NCBI GenBank assembly: GCA_041677125.1
Contig: JBAYQP010000007.1
Location: 13,998-77,997, forward strand
DNA: 64,000 bases
DNA from: Desulfuromonadales bacterium
GTDB taxonomy: Bacteria; Desulfobacterota; Desulfuromonadia; Desulfuromonadales; JACZKF01
Reading direction: 5' to 3'
Of this stretch, positions 18,240-28,196 are shown in pieces; the first letter of the stretch is position 1; each line of letters opens with the position of its first letter. The position numbers and the translations under genes are program-made. Under the pieces are notes generated by a model. The model saw only the letters and a list, made by a program, of their open reading frames with translations, ran no database searches and was not told the DNA's origin.

Positions 18240-20891
18240 ATGGAAACCAGGCTCTCCAAGGGCTATGAACCGCACCACGTCGAGGATAAATGGTACCGCA
18301 TCTGGGAAGAGAGCGGTTTTTTTCATGCCGACGAAAATTCCCCCAAACCCCATTATTCCATCGTCATCCCGCCGCCCAATGTTACCGGCGTCCTGCACAT
18401 GGGCCATGCCCTGAACAACACGCTGCAGGACATCCTGGCGCGCTGGAAGCGGATGACCGGCCATGAAGTCCTCTGGATGCCCGGCACCGACCACGCCGGC
18501 ATCGCCACCCAGAACGTCGTCGAAAAACAGCTGGTCAAGGAGGGCAAGGACCGCCACGAACTGGGGCGCGAGGCCTTCGTCGAGCGGGTCTGGAAGTGGC
18601 GCAGCGAATCGGGCGGGCAGATTATCAATCAGTTGAAGAAGCTCGGCGCCTCCTGCGACTGGCCCCGCGAGCGTTTCACCATGGACGACGGCCTGTCGAA
18701 GTCGGTGCGTGAGGTTTTTGTCCACCTCTACGAGGAAGGTCTGATCTACCGCGCCAACCGGCTCATCAACTGGTGTCCGCGCTGCCATACCGCGCTCTCC
18801 GATCTCGAAGTCGAGCACGACGAGAAGAAGGGGTGGCTCTGGCACTTGCGTTATCCGGTGCAGGGGACCGACCGTTTCCTGGTCGTCGCCACCACCCGGC
18901 CGGAGACGATGCTCGGCGACACCGCCGTTGCCGTCCACCCCGAGGACGAGCGCTATCGCGATCTCATCGGCAAAAACGTCATCCTGCCGCTGCTCAATCG
19001 GGAGATCCCGGTGATCGCCGACGAGTACGTCGATCGAGAGTTCGGCACCGGCGTGGTCAAGATCACCCCGGCGCACGACTTCAACGACTTCGAGGTCGGT
19101 CGCCGGCACGGCCTGGAGAATATCAACATCCTCGATCCCTCCGGTTTTATCAATGAAAACGGCGGCCCCTACGCCGGGCTGGAGCGTTACGCCGCCCGCA
19201 CCCAGGTGGTCGCCGATCTGGAGGCGCAGGGGCTGCTGGCAAAGACGGAGGATTACGCCCTCTCCGTCGGTGAATGCTACCGCTGCAAAACGGTCATCGA
19301 GCCGTATCTTTCCCTGCAGTGGTACGTCAATGTTGCGCCGTTGGCCAAGGAGGCGATCAAGGCGGTGCAGGACGGCCGCACCCGCATCATCCCGGAACAG
19401 TGGGAAAAAACCTATTTCGAGTGGATGTTCAATATCCGCGACTGGTGCATCAGCCGGCAGATTTGGTGGGGGCACCGCATCCCCGCCTGGTACTGCGACA
19501 CCTGCGGCGAAATAATCGTCGCCCGGCAGGATCCGGATCGTTGCCCCTGCGGCGGCGCTCTGCGCCAGGAGACGGACGTCCTCGACACCTGGTTCTCCTC
19601 CGCCCTCTGGCCCTTTTCCACCATGGGCTGGCCGGAGCAGACCGAGACGTTGAAAAAGTTCTACCCGACCAGCTGCCTGGTCACCGGCTTCGACATCCTC
19701 TTTTTCTGGGTGGCGCGGATGATGATGATGGGACTCAAGTTCATGGGCGAGGTCCCCTTCAAGGAGGTCTACATCCATGCTTTGGTGCGCGACGCCGAAG
19801 GGCAGAAGATGAGCAAGAGCAAGGGGAATGTCATCGATCCCCTCGGTGTCGTCGAGGAGTACGGCGCCGACGCCTTTCGCTTCACCCTCGCCGCTTTCGC
19901 CTCCATGGGACGCGACATCAAACTCTCCACCGAGCGCATCGCCGGCTACAAGGCTTTCGCCAACAAGCTGTGGAACGCCGCCCGCTTCGCCCTGATGAAC
20001 CTGGAGGATTTCGACCCGGCGACGATCGCGCTGGAAAAGGAGGAACTTTCCCTCGCCGACGCCTGGATCCTCGCCCGCCTCGCCGAGGCGACGCGGGAGA
20101 CCAGCCAGGCCCTCGCCGGCTATCACTATAACGAGGCGGCCAGCGTTCTGTACGCCTTCACCTGGAACGAATTCTGCGACTGGTACATCGAACTGGTCAA
20201 GGGGGATCTCTACGGCGACGATCCGGCCGCCAGAAAGCGCGCCCAGGCGGTCCTTTTCACCGTACTGGAGCAGCTGCTGCGCCTGTTGCATCCGCTGATG
20301 CCCTTCATCACCGAGGAGATCTGGCAGGCGCTTCCCGGCAAACGGCCGGTCGCTTCGCTCATGCTCGCGTCCTGGCCGGAGGCCGGCGTTCTGCCGGTCG
20401 ATGCCGCCCGCGCCCAGCGGATGGCGCGGATTATGGACGTTGTGCGCGGCATCCGCAACATCCGCGGCGAAATGGACGTCAATCCGGGTAAGCAGATCGC
20501 CGCCGTGCTCGACTGCAAGAGCGACGAGGCGCTGGCGATCATGGGCGAAGGGGAGCGTTACCTCCGGGCGTTGGCCAAAGTCAATGAGCTGACCTGCGGC
20601 ATGGGCGTCGAGCGGCCCAAGCAGGCGGCCACCCAGGTCGCCGGCGATATCGAGATCCTCGTGCCGCTCGCCGGACTGATCGACCTCGATGAGGAAGAAA
20701 AGCGCCTGCAAAAAGAGATTGCCAAGGTCGAGAAAGACGTGACGATGTTCGAAAAGAAACTCGCCAACGCCGACTTCGTCGCCCGGGCGCCGGTCGAGGT
20801 GCTGGAGAAAGACCGCGGCAAACTCGCCGACGCACAGGAGAAGTTCCGTATTCTACAGGGGAGTCTGGAGCGTATCCGCGCCATGATGTAA
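18240..20891 (+). CDS. valS: Valine--tRNA ligase
   Basis: Start at METRLSKGYEP (ATG 18240). It has HIGH (PNVTGVLHMGH), KMSKS and a C-terminal coiled coil. Confidence 0.97.
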   Translation: METRLSKGYEPHHVEDKWYRIWEESGFFHADENSPKPHYSIVIPPPNVTGVLHMGHALNNTLQDILARWKRMTGHEVLWMPGTDHAGIATQNVVEKQLVKEGKDRHELGREAFVERVWKWRSESGGQIINQLKKLGASCDWPRERFTMDDGLSKSVREVFVHLYEEGLIYRANRLINWCPRCHTALSDLEVEHDEKKGWLWHLRYPVQGTDRFLVVATTRPETMLGDTAVAVHPEDERYRDLIGKNVILPLLNREIPVIADEYVDREFGTGVVKITPAHDFNDFEVGRRHGLENINILDPSGFINENGGPYAGLERYAARTQVVADLEAQGLLAKTEDYALSVGECYRCKTVIEPYLSLQWYVNVAPLAKEAIKAVQDGRTRIIPEQWEKTYFEWMFNIRDWCISRQIWWGHRIPAWYCDTCGEIIVARQDPDRCPCGGALRQETDVLDTWFSSALWPFSTMGWPEQTETLKKFYPTSCLVTGFDILFFWVARMMMMGLKFMGEVPFKEVYIHALVRDAEGQKMSKSKGNVIDPLGVVEEYGADAFRFTLAAFASMGRDIKLSTERIAGYKAFANKLWNAARFALMNLEDFDPATIALEKEELSLADAWILARLAEATRETSQALAGYHYNEAASVLYAFTWNEFCDWYIELVKGDLYGDDPAARKRAQAVLFTVLEQLLRLLHPLMPFITEEIWQALPGKRPVASLMLASWPEAGVLPVDAARAQRMARIMDVVRGIRNIRGEMDVNPGKQIAAVLDCKSDEALAIMGEGERYLRALAKVNELTCGMGVERPKQAATQVAGDIEILVPLAGLIDLDEEEKRLQKEIAKVEKDVTMFEKKLANADFVARAPVEVLEKDRGKLADAQEKFRILQGSLERIRAMM

Positions 20892-20900
20892 CGCAAACGG

Positions 20901-20929
20901 ACGGCAGCCTCGGGCTGCCGTTCTTATTT
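20901..20929 (+). terminator. Rho-independent terminator after valS
   Basis: A 9-bp stem ACGGCAGCC/GGCTGCCGT with a 3-nt loop, followed by TCTTATTT. Confidence 0.65.
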
Positions 20930-21028
20930 GCAAGGCATTCTTCAACCCAGAATCCTTTTGGCAATCCTCTGGCCAGTGAACTCCTCGGCCGCATCTTTGC
21001 CGAACGCATCACCGGAAAGGAAACAACA

Positions 21029-21475
21029 ATGACCGACCTCGACCGCGCGCTGGTAAGCCTGCGCGCCGACATGAACGATGACGCGGCCAAGTCCGCCTAT
21101 TATGACCTTTTTCTCAATGCCACCTTTTTCGTTCCGACCCTGACCGCCGAGCAGGCGCGGGAAATGGCGCCAGAGGCGGCGGAGGCCGGGGAGGCGCTCC
21201 CCCTCGTGGTGACGGCGGACGGCCAGGATTACCTGATGCTCTTCGACAGCGAGGCGCGGATGCGCGACTGGACAAAGGGGGTCTCGCCCTTTGCCGAGGT
21301 GCCGGGGCACGTTCTGGCAACGATGAGCTCCCCTCCGCTGCACTGGGCGCTGAACGTCGGCGCCGAGCATTCGAAGCAGTTTTTTCCCGATGAAATCGCC
21401 TGGCTTCGGGCGGTGGTGGAACAATGCCAGGCGGCGGATGCCCCTGATCAAGAGGGACGGCAGGCCAGCCCTTAA
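21029..21475 (+). CDS. SseB family protein
   Basis: 148 aa. The N-terminal pattern DLFLNATFFVP...LPLVVTADGQDYLMLFDSE resembles the SseB N-terminal domain. Confidence 0.55.
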   Translation: MTDLDRALVSLRADMNDDAAKSAYYDLFLNATFFVPTLTAEQAREMAPEAAEAGEALPLVVTADGQDYLMLFDSEARMRDWTKGVSPFAEVPGHVLATMSSPPLHWALNVGAEHSKQFFPDEIAWLRAVVEQCQAADAPDQEGRQASP

Positions 21476-21489
21476 CTAAGGACCAAGCC

Positions 21490-21948
21490 ATGAACAACAA
21501 CGATGTGTTACGCCGTATCCGATATATCTTCGACTTGAGCGATTCGGCGATGATCGCCGTTTTCGGCCTGGGGGATTGCGAGGTCACCCGGGAGCAGGTC
21601 AGCGATTGGCTGAAAAAAGAGGAGGATCCGGCGTTCAAGGAAATCGGCGACTCGCTTTTGGCGGGTTTTCTGAACGGCCTGATTGTCGATAAACGGGGTA
21701 AGAAAGAAGGCATCCAGCCGGCGCCGGAAAAACGGCTGAACAACAATCTCATTTTTCTGAAGTTGAAAATTGCCCTGAATCTGCAAGCCGATGACGTCTA
21801 TGCAATTATGGAATCGGCTGATTTCAGCCTGAGCAAGCACGAAATCAGCGCCTTTTTTCGTAAAACGGACCATAAAAATTTCCGCATCTGCAAGGATCAA
21901 GTGCTGCGCAATTTCCTGAAGGGGTTGGAGCTTAAGTATCGTGCCTAG
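21490..21948 (+). CDS. DUF1456 (YehS-like) protein
   Basis: It has two copies of the NNDVLRRIRYIF / NNLIFLKLKIAL ... helix motif typical of DUF1456. Confidence 0.6.
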   Translation: MNNNDVLRRIRYIFDLSDSAMIAVFGLGDCEVTREQVSDWLKKEEDPAFKEIGDSLLAGFLNGLIVDKRGKKEGIQPAPEKRLNNNLIFLKLKIALNLQADDVYAIMESADFSLSKHEISAFFRKTDHKNFRICKDQVLRNFLKGLELKYRA

Positions 21949-22008
21949 GGAAGAGGAAAAAATACCCCGACAACGCTGAAGATGGAATTCACAGAAAAGG
22001 AGTTGGCT

Positions 22009-22575
22009 ATGGCCCATCCTATTGCTGCGGGAAAGAGCAGCTTCGATCTGGTGGATCCGCAAATCGTCTTGACCGAGCTGCGACTGAAGTCCGACACCGT
22101 TCTGCTCGATCTCGCCTGCGGCGTCGGCAATTACGCCCTGGCGGCGGCGCAGATTATCGGCGCGGCGGGGGTAATCCACGCTCTCGATCTATGGACGGAG
22201 GGAATCGCTTCGCTTCGGGCCAGCGCCGAGGCGCGAGGGCTGACCCAAATTCACGCGCGGATTGCGGATGTGAACGGGCCGTTGCCGCTTGCTGCGGCGA
22301 GCGTCGATGTCGCCCTGATGGCGACCGTTCTGCACGACCTGCTGGCGGAAGGGAATGGGCCGGCAACCCTTGCCGAAGTAACGCGTGTGCTGCGCCCAGG
22401 TGGTCGATTGGTCATTATCGAGTTCGACAAAGTCGATGGCCCGCCGGGGCCACCGGCGTCGATCCGCTTGACGCCCACCGAGGTCGAGACCTTTATCGAT
22501 CCGTTTGGCTATCGCCGCGAAAACCTGACTCAGGTCGGCGATACGCTATATGCGGTTTCCTTTCGCCGTGGATGA
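22009..22575 (+). CDS. Class I SAM-dependent methyltransferase
   Basis: ATG 22009 lies 6 nt after AAGGAG. Motif I is VLLDLACGVGNY, and VLRPGGRLVIIEF is also present. Confidence 0.75.
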   Translation: MAHPIAAGKSSFDLVDPQIVLTELRLKSDTVLLDLACGVGNYALAAAQIIGAAGVIHALDLWTEGIASLRASAEARGLTQIHARIADVNGPLPLAAASVDVALMATVLHDLLAEGNGPATLAEVTRVLRPGGRLVIIEFDKVDGPPGPPASIRLTPTEVETFIDPFGYRRENLTQVGDTLYAVSFRRG

Positions 22576-22748
22576 GGGCAGGGCATGGTGGGCCGCAGCA
22601 TCCATGGCCAAAGGCAAGAATCCCAATCCGGTCCTGTGGTTTTTCAGGCCTGGTGTTCGGGCCCTGTGCGCTGGTGATCGCCCTGGTGATGAAGCCAGGC
22701 CCGGGCGACGACCAGGGGTATGAATAAACGTATGCTGGCTCTGGAAAT

Positions 22749-23258
22749 ATGCCCATGATTCTGCACTGTACGCAAAAACTCGCCGGAAAACTTCCCGAAG
22801 TGTCGGCGGCGCCGCTCGCCGAGACGAGCCTCCTGGGGGGCTGGCACGGCAATCTTTATCAGATCGACCGCCGGCAATGCGTTCTGTTCTGCCACGATGA
22901 AACGCGTTACATGCTGTTTCTGCCGGGGCTGAAAAAGGCGCACTTCGAAGATCTGGCCCGGCTGCACCGCGACCTGTTTCTGATGAGCCTGGCCGCCCAT
23001 GGCGTGTCGGACGCGAAAATCATGCGGACGAAGCTGGCCCTCGGGCCCCTCGCCTGCGACCGCGTCACCGATCGCTCGGTTCTTTCCTCCATGAACGTGG
23101 CCATGGGCGATCTGTATGCTTATTTGCAGGGAGTTCCCAATCTGCTGGAAATCGACCCGGCGGCCGCTGCCCTGCATCTCAATGATCGCGCCGTAGGCAT
23201 CCGTGGCAAATATGTTTTCTCGGGTGCGGAGATGATTGCGCGGGTGGAGAGATTGTAA
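22749..23258 (+). CDS. Hypothetical protein (conserved-looking, unknown function)
   Basis: 169-aa ORF with normal composition, sitting 24 nt upstream of the radical SAM gene. I recognise no motif with confidence. Confidence 0.5.
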   Translation: MPMILHCTQKLAGKLPEVSAAPLAETSLLGGWHGNLYQIDRRQCVLFCHDETRYMLFLPGLKKAHFEDLARLHRDLFLMSLAAHGVSDAKIMRTKLALGPLACDRVTDRSVLSSMNVAMGDLYAYLQGVPNLLEIDPAAAALHLNDRAVGIRGKYVFSGAEMIARVERL

Positions 23259-23282
23259 AAGCGAGATTTTAAGTTGCCTTCC

Positions 23283-24176
23283 ATGCACTACTACTTTCAT
23301 TACGAAGAACCGGTATTCCGCCCGCCCTCCGAAGCCAATTCGCTTATTCTGCAGGCGACCATCGGCTGCTCGCAGAACCATTGCGGCTTCTGCGGCATGT
23401 ACAAGATGAAGCGCTTCCGCCTGCGGCCGGTGGCAGAATTGCTCGCCGAGATGCGGGCGGTGCCGATGCCGCACCGCGCCCATATTCAGCGGGTCTTTCT
23501 TGCCGACGGCGACGCCCTGGTCTACCCGCAGGAGGGGTTGACAGCGATTCTCGACGGGCTGGCCGCGACGTTCCCCAGCCTCAACCGGATCGGCATCTAC
23601 GCCTCGCCGAACAGCTTGACCAGCAAAAGCGTCGATGAGCTGCGGGTGTTGCGGGAGAAGAAACTGCGCATCCTCTATTTTGGGCTGGAAAGCGGCGACG
23701 CCGAGACGCTTGCGCTGGCCGGCAAGGGTTTTTCCCCCGAGGCGATGCTGGCGCTTTGCCGCAAGGCGCAGGAGGCGGGATTGAAGCTGTCGGTGACCGC
23801 CATCCTCGGCCTCGCCGGGCAGGAGCGCAGTCACGAGCACGCCGTCGCCACCGCCGATTGGATCAACGCCCTGTCGCCGGAATATTTTTCTCTGCTCACC
23901 ATGTTCCGCCGGCACAACGACGCCTGGTTTCGGACGATCCGCCCGGTAAGCAACGGCCGCATTATCGAGGAGGCGCTGACCATCGTCCGTCGCCTGTCGC
24001 CCAGGCGCACCATCCTGCGCTCGAACCACGTCTCGAACCTTCTGCATCTGACCGGCAGTTATCCCAAGGACCGCGAACGGATCATCGCCCAGGCCGAGGC
24101 GGCGCTGGCCGAAGCCCGCCGGCAACCCGCCTGGTGGCTCCTCGCTGTCCCCGATTACGGCGAGAGTTATTACTGA
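23283..24176 (+). CDS. Radical SAM protein with non-canonical CX4CX2C cluster spacing
   Basis: Contains ATIGCSQNHCGFCGMY, then GDALVYP and YFGLESGD (Elp3/HemN-like TIM-barrel motifs). ATG 23283 is preferred over TTG 23274. Confidence 0.75.
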   Translation: MHYYFHYEEPVFRPPSEANSLILQATIGCSQNHCGFCGMYKMKRFRLRPVAELLAEMRAVPMPHRAHIQRVFLADGDALVYPQEGLTAILDGLAATFPSLNRIGIYASPNSLTSKSVDELRVLREKKLRILYFGLESGDAETLALAGKGFSPEAMLALCRKAQEAGLKLSVTAILGLAGQERSHEHAVATADWINALSPEYFSLLTMFRRHNDAWFRTIRPVSNGRIIEEALTIVRRLSPRRTILRSNHVSNLLHLTGSYPKDRERIIAQAEAALAEARRQPAWWLLAVPDYGESYY

Positions 24177-24207
24177 TGCTTTCGCCGGGGACCCGCCGTC
24201 TTTTCCC

Positions 24208-24236
24208 TTGACACCCCCCCGCCGATTTGCTATTCA
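24208..24236 (+). promoter_or_regulatory. Candidate sigma70 promoter for tRNA-Cys
   Basis: TTGACA, a 17-nt spacer, then TATTCA; it ends 27 nt before the tRNA 5' end. Confidence 0.35.
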
Positions 24237-24262
24237 TACGCGCTCTGACGGCCTCCGGCCGT

Positions 24263-24336
<74 letters not shown>

Positions 24337-24344
24337 TAACCACC

Positions 24345-24377
24345 AAAAGCCAGCCCCGCACGGGCTGGCTTTTTTTT
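24345..24377 (+). terminator. Rho-independent terminator after tRNA-Cys
   Basis: A 9-bp stem AGCCAGCCC/GGGCTGGCT with a 5-nt loop, followed by T8. Confidence 0.85.
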
Positions 24378-24388
24378 CTGGAGGCCGC

Positions 24389-25207
24389 TTGCCCTTTTCT
24401 CCGGCGCTTCTTCCCCTGTTCGCTCTTCTCGGTTCCCTCGGCGGCTTTCTCGCCGGCCTGCTGGGCATCGGCGGCGGGATCATTTTCGTTCCCCTGTTCC
24501 TTTGGGTCTTCCCCCTGGCCGGCTTCCCGCCCGACCTGGTCGCCCACAGCGCTTTCGGCACCAGCCTGGCGATCATCATTCCCACCGCCCTCAGCAGCAC
24601 CCTCGCCCATCGGCGGCGCGGCAATGTCGACTGGCATCAGGTCTATCGCATTGCCCTCGGCGCCGTCCTCGGCGCGATCGCCGGCGCAATGATCGCCGCC
24701 GGCATCTCCAGCGAGGGGCTGAAGACGATGTTCGGTTTCATGCAGGTTCTGGTCGGTCTGAAAATGCTGTTTCAGCCACGCTACCTGCCGCCCGAAGAGA
24801 CGCTCCCCATTCCTTTTCGGCATCTGCTGCTGGTCGGGCTCGCCGGCGGCGCCTTTTCCGCTTTTTTCGGCGTCGGCGGCGGAGTCGTCGCCGTGCCCCT
24901 GATGATCATTTTCCTGCGCCTGCCGGCGCAATTGGCGGTGGGCAATTCGAGCGCCCTCATTGTCGTCTCTTCGATCATCGGCACCCTTTCGTACATGCTG
25001 CACGGCTGGGGGATGCCCAACCTGCCGTCCTTTTCCTTCGGCTACGTGAACCTGCTGGTGGTCGCCATTGTCGCGCCTTTTGCCATTTGCAGCGCCCGGC
25101 TCGGGGTGCGTCTTGCCAGCCGCATCCGTCATGATACCTTGGTTAAAGTCTTCGCCATAGTTTTGATTCTCATCGGTTTGCGCATGCTTGTGCGCACTTT
25201 TTTCTGA
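24389..25207 (+). CDS. Sulfite exporter TauE/SafE family membrane protein
   Basis: 272 aa, polytopic, with repeated GxGGG(I/V)(I/V)xVP motifs (LLGIGGGIIFVPL; FFGVGGGVVAVPL). The TTG start lies only 12 nt after the tRNA terminator, so the start is uncertain. Confidence 0.8.
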   Translation: MPFSPALLPLFALLGSLGGFLAGLLGIGGGIIFVPLFLWVFPLAGFPPDLVAHSAFGTSLAIIIPTALSSTLAHRRRGNVDWHQVYRIALGAVLGAIAGAMIAAGISSEGLKTMFGFMQVLVGLKMLFQPRYLPPEETLPIPFRHLLLVGLAGGAFSAFFGVGGGVVAVPLMIIFLRLPAQLAVGNSSALIVVSSIIGTLSYMLHGWGMPNLPSFSFGYVNLLVVAIVAPFAICSARLGVRLASRIRHDTLVKVFAIVLILIGLRMLVRTFF

Positions 25208-25218
25208 GAGAGGCGATC

Positions 25219-26022
25219 ATGCAGAGAAAACCGTCCGTCGCCGGACAGTTCTATCCCGGGCAGGAACACGCTCTGCGCCGGATGGTGGAAGATTTCACGC
25301 GGGGCGATGTCGCGCCGCAATCCGCCATCGGCATTCTTTCCCCCCACGCCGGCTACATCTATTCCGGCGCCATCGCCGGCGAAACCTTTGCCCGCGTTGA
25401 AGTCCCGGGAAAAGTGGTCCTCCTCGGCCCGAATCATCACGGAATCGGTCATCCGGCGGCCGTCTATGCGCAAGGAAGCTGGCTCACACCGTTGGGGGAA
25501 ATCGCCGTCGATGCGGAACTGGCGGCGGCAATTCTGGCCGCCTGTCCGGGGATGGCTGCGGATAGCGCCGCTCATCGGCTTGAACATTCGCTGGAAGTGC
25601 AACTTCCCTTTATCCAGGTGCGGAGTCCGCAGGCCGCCATCGTGCCGATCTGCCTGGGAGGTCTGCCCCTTGCCGACCTGCTGGCCATCGGCGAAGGGTT
25701 GGGGCGGCTGCTGGCGAGCCGGACCGAAAAGATCCTGTTGGTCGCCAGCAGCGACATGAGCCATTATCTTTCCGGCGATGTCGCCCGGGAGAAAGACGGC
25801 CGCGCCCTTGCACCGCTCCTCGCCGTCGATCCGGCCGCTCTTTATCGCATTGTGAGCGACGAGCGCATCAGCATGTGCGGGATGATGCCGGCCGTCGTCA
25901 TGCTCGCCGCCGCCCGGTTTGTGGGGGCGAGCCGGGCGGAGCTGGTGCGCTATGGCAATTCCGGCGAGGTCACCGGCGATCAGTCGCAGGTGGTGGGTTA
26001 CGCCGGCGCCATCGTCTATTGA
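25219..26022 (+). CDS. amrB: AmmeMemoRadiSam system protein B (MEMO1 family)
   Basis: Contains AGQFYPG, SPHAGYIYSG, HSLEVQLPF and SSDMSHY, the MEMO/AmrB signature residues. Confidence 0.85.
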   Translation: MQRKPSVAGQFYPGQEHALRRMVEDFTRGDVAPQSAIGILSPHAGYIYSGAIAGETFARVEVPGKVVLLGPNHHGIGHPAAVYAQGSWLTPLGEIAVDAELAAAILAACPGMAADSAAHRLEHSLEVQLPFIQVRSPQAAIVPICLGGLPLADLLAIGEGLGRLLASRTEKILLVASSDMSHYLSGDVAREKDGRALAPLLAVDPAALYRIVSDERISMCGMMPAVVMLAAARFVGASRAELVRYGNSGEVTGDQSQVVGYAGAIVY

Positions 26023-26030
26023 AAATAACC

Positions 26031-26059
26031 TTGTCATTACGGTCAGGTTGCAGTATAAA
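26031..26059 (+). promoter_or_regulatory. Candidate sigma70 promoter for gltX
   Basis: TTGTCA, a 17-nt spacer, then TATAAA. Confidence 0.45.
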
Positions 26060-26139
26060 AAGCGGGGTCGTCCGGCGGGCGGCCTCTTTTTATTTGCGGA
26101 TTATCATCCCGTCCGAGTATCGCTTCGAAGGAGTTTCCG

Positions 26140-27540
26140 ATGTCCCAGCTGCGCGTCCGTTTCGCCCCCAGTCCCACCGGTTATCTGCATATCGGCGGCG
26201 CCCGTACCGCTTTGTTCAATTACCTTCTGGCGCGCAAGGAAAACGGCGCCTTTATCCTGCGCATCGAGGACACCGATGTCGCCCGCTCCACCCAGGAATC
26301 GGTGGATGCCATTCTGCAGGCGATGGACTGGCTCGGACTCTCCTACGACGAGGGGCCGTTTTATCAGTCGGAGCGCTTCGATTTGTACCGTGAGAAGGTC
26401 GAGCAGCTGCTGGCCGAAGGCAAGGCGTATCGCTGCTACTGCACCTCGGAGGAGTTGGAGCAGCGGCGCGAGGCGGCGCTGGCCAAGGGGCTGAAACCGA
26501 AATACAACGGCGCCTGCCGGCAGCGTGACGACGTTCCCGAAGGGATGCCCTTCGTGGTGCGCTTTCGCTCGCCGGAAGAGGGGGAAACCGTTTTCGTCGA
26601 CCGCATCAAAGGAGCGATCAGCTTCCAGAACGACGAGCTGGACGACGTCATCATCCAGCGCTCCGACGGCACCCCAACCTACAACTTCGTCGTTGTCGTC
26701 GACGACGCCACCATGAATATCAACCTGATCATCCGTGGCGATGACCACATCAACAACACGCCGCGGCAAATCCTCATGTATCGGGCCCTCGGCTATCCGG
26801 TGCCCGAATTCGCCCACGTGCCGATGATTCTCGGCGCCGACAAGGCGCGCCTGTCGAAGCGGCACGGCGCCACCTCGGTCATGGCCTATCGGGAGATGGG
26901 GTATCTGCCCGAGGCGATGGTCAATTACCTGGTTCGTCTCGGCTGGTCGCACGGCGATCAGGAAATCTTCTCCATGGCCGAGCTGATCGAAAAATTCAGC
27001 CTCGAAAACGTTGGCAAGTCGGCCGGGGTGTTCAACCCGGACAAACTCCTCTGGCTCAACGCCCACTACATCAAAAACGGCGATCCGCAGCGCCTTGGCG
27101 CGCTGCTGGTCGAATATCTCGATACCCGAGGGATCGCTGTCGCCGGCGGTCCCGACCCCGTCGCCGTCGTCAAGACGTTGCAGGAACGCGCCCGCACCCT
27201 CGTCGAAATGGCGGAAATGGCTGCGTTCTACTACGCCGCCGAAATCTCCTTCGTCCCGGAAGCTGCCGATAAATTCCTCATTGCCGAGCAGAAGCCGTTG
27301 CTGGAGAATGTCCGCCGGAAGCTGGAAAACGCACCGGAGTGGAGCCACGACGCCATCGCCGAGGTCTTCGCCGCACTGCAGGCCGAGACCGGGCTCAAGC
27401 TCGGCAAGCTGGCGCCACCGGTGCGGGTGGCGATCGTCGGCGGCACGCAAAGCCCGAGCATCTTCGACGTTCTTACCGTCCTCGGCCGGGAACAGACGCT
27501 GGCGCGGCTGGAGCGGGCGATAGGGCATATCGCCGGCTAA
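26140..27540 (+). CDS. gltX: Glutamate--tRNA ligase
   Basis: Contains the class I motifs [12 protein letters not shown] and RLSKRHG; 466 aa. Confidence 0.97.
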   Translation: MSQLRVRFAPSPTGYLHIGGARTALFNYLLARKENGAFILRIEDTDVARSTQESVDAILQAMDWLGLSYDEGPFYQSERFDLYREKVEQLLAEGKAYRCYCTSEELEQRREAALAKGLKPKYNGACRQRDDVPEGMPFVVRFRSPEEGETVFVDRIKGAISFQNDELDDVIIQRSDGTPTYNFVVVVDDATMNINLIIRGDDHINNTPRQILMYRALGYPVPEFAHVPMILGADKARLSKRHGATSVMAYREMGYLPEAMVNYLVRLGWSHGDQEIFSMAELIEKFSLENVGKSAGVFNPDKLLWLNAHYIKNGDPQRLGALLVEYLDTRGIAVAGGPDPVAVVKTLQERARTLVEMAEMAAFYYAAEISFVPEAADKFLIAEQKPLLENVRRKLENAPEWSHDAIAEVFAALQAETGLKLGKLAPPVRVAIVGGTQSPSIFDVLTVLGREQTLARLERAIGHIAG

Positions 27541-27565
27541 TCCGGGTGGACGTTTTCATTTCACA

Positions 27566-27599
27566 GGGGGTCCGGATTTTTTGCGGACTCCCTTTTTTT
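27566..27599 (+). terminator. Rho-independent terminator after gltX
   Basis: Stem GGGGGTCCG/CGGACTCCC (one G-U pair) followed by T7. Confidence 0.7.
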
Positions 27600-27769
27600 A
27601 TCCAGCCGTTGGCGCCGGCCGCCAGAGCCCCGGAGGCCGAGGGCTTCCGGCCGGGCGGCGGCGCCTTCGGTGGTGGCGGCGCGAGTGCCGGTTATTGAGA
27701 ATTATCTCCTGAAATATTGATGACAGACTTCCGTTTTCGGCTGCCAAAACCTGATTAAGTGTGTCCCCT

Positions 27770-28006
27770 ATGAAGAAATTCCTTGCCCATTTCAACTATC
27801 CCACCCTGATCATCCTGGCCCTGCTGCTGGGTCTTGCCCCCTTTACTCCCGAACCGCATCTGCTGGAGAAGCTGCGCATGCTGCGGGAAGGGGCACTGAC
27901 CCGGCCGCTGGACATTTTCGACCTCTTCTTTCATCTGCTGCCGGCCATGCTGCTGCTGCTCAAGCTCACCGTCGAGCGCCCCTGGCGCCAAAGACCACGC
28001 CACTGA
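27770..28006 (+). CDS. Small hypothetical membrane protein
   Basis: 78 aa from ATG 27770, with two hydrophobic segments (LIILALLLGLAPF; FFHLLPAMLLLLKL). No recognisable family. Confidence 0.4.
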   Translation: MKKFLAHFNYPTLIILALLLGLAPFTPEPHLLEKLRMLREGALTRPLDIFDLFFHLLPAMLLLLKLTVERPWRQRPRH

Positions 28007-28112
28007 CTTGCTAAAAAAAGTGTTCCAGGGCAAAGACGTTCCTGATCAGCGAGTCAGGTTATTCAAGGGTCTTGGCTGCCCGTGAGGCTGTAAACCTGAA
28101 CGATTTGAGTCG

Positions 28113-28141
28113 TTGACTCTTTAATTTGCTCCCCGCATAAT
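28113..28141 (+). promoter_or_regulatory. Candidate sigma70 promoter for metY
   Basis: TTGACT, a 17-nt spacer, then CATAAT; it ends 55 nt upstream of ATG 28197. Confidence 0.5.
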
Positions 28142-28196
28142 GTCCCCGCCAATTTAATCCATTCACTTGATCAGCCTGAATCAAAGGAGTGCACCC

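Noticed and set aside
18150-20711. 853-aa ORF antisense to valS
   Set aside because: The reasoning is the same as for the secA antisense ORF: it mirrors the valS frame and has no motifs. Comparable antisense or alternate-frame ORFs (488..1555, 9829..11253, 22644..24125, 26104..27528, 28059..29507, 43312..44412, 44342..45391, 49820..50899, 51799..53556, 54946..56250, 56438..58177) are rejected for the same reason.
28040-28196. Possible SAM/SAH riboswitch upstream of metY
   Set aside because: The likely promoter (28113-28141) leaves only a ~50-nt leader with one small hairpin. I could not find SAM-I/II/SAH core sequences by eye. An Infernal/Rfam scan would be decisive.
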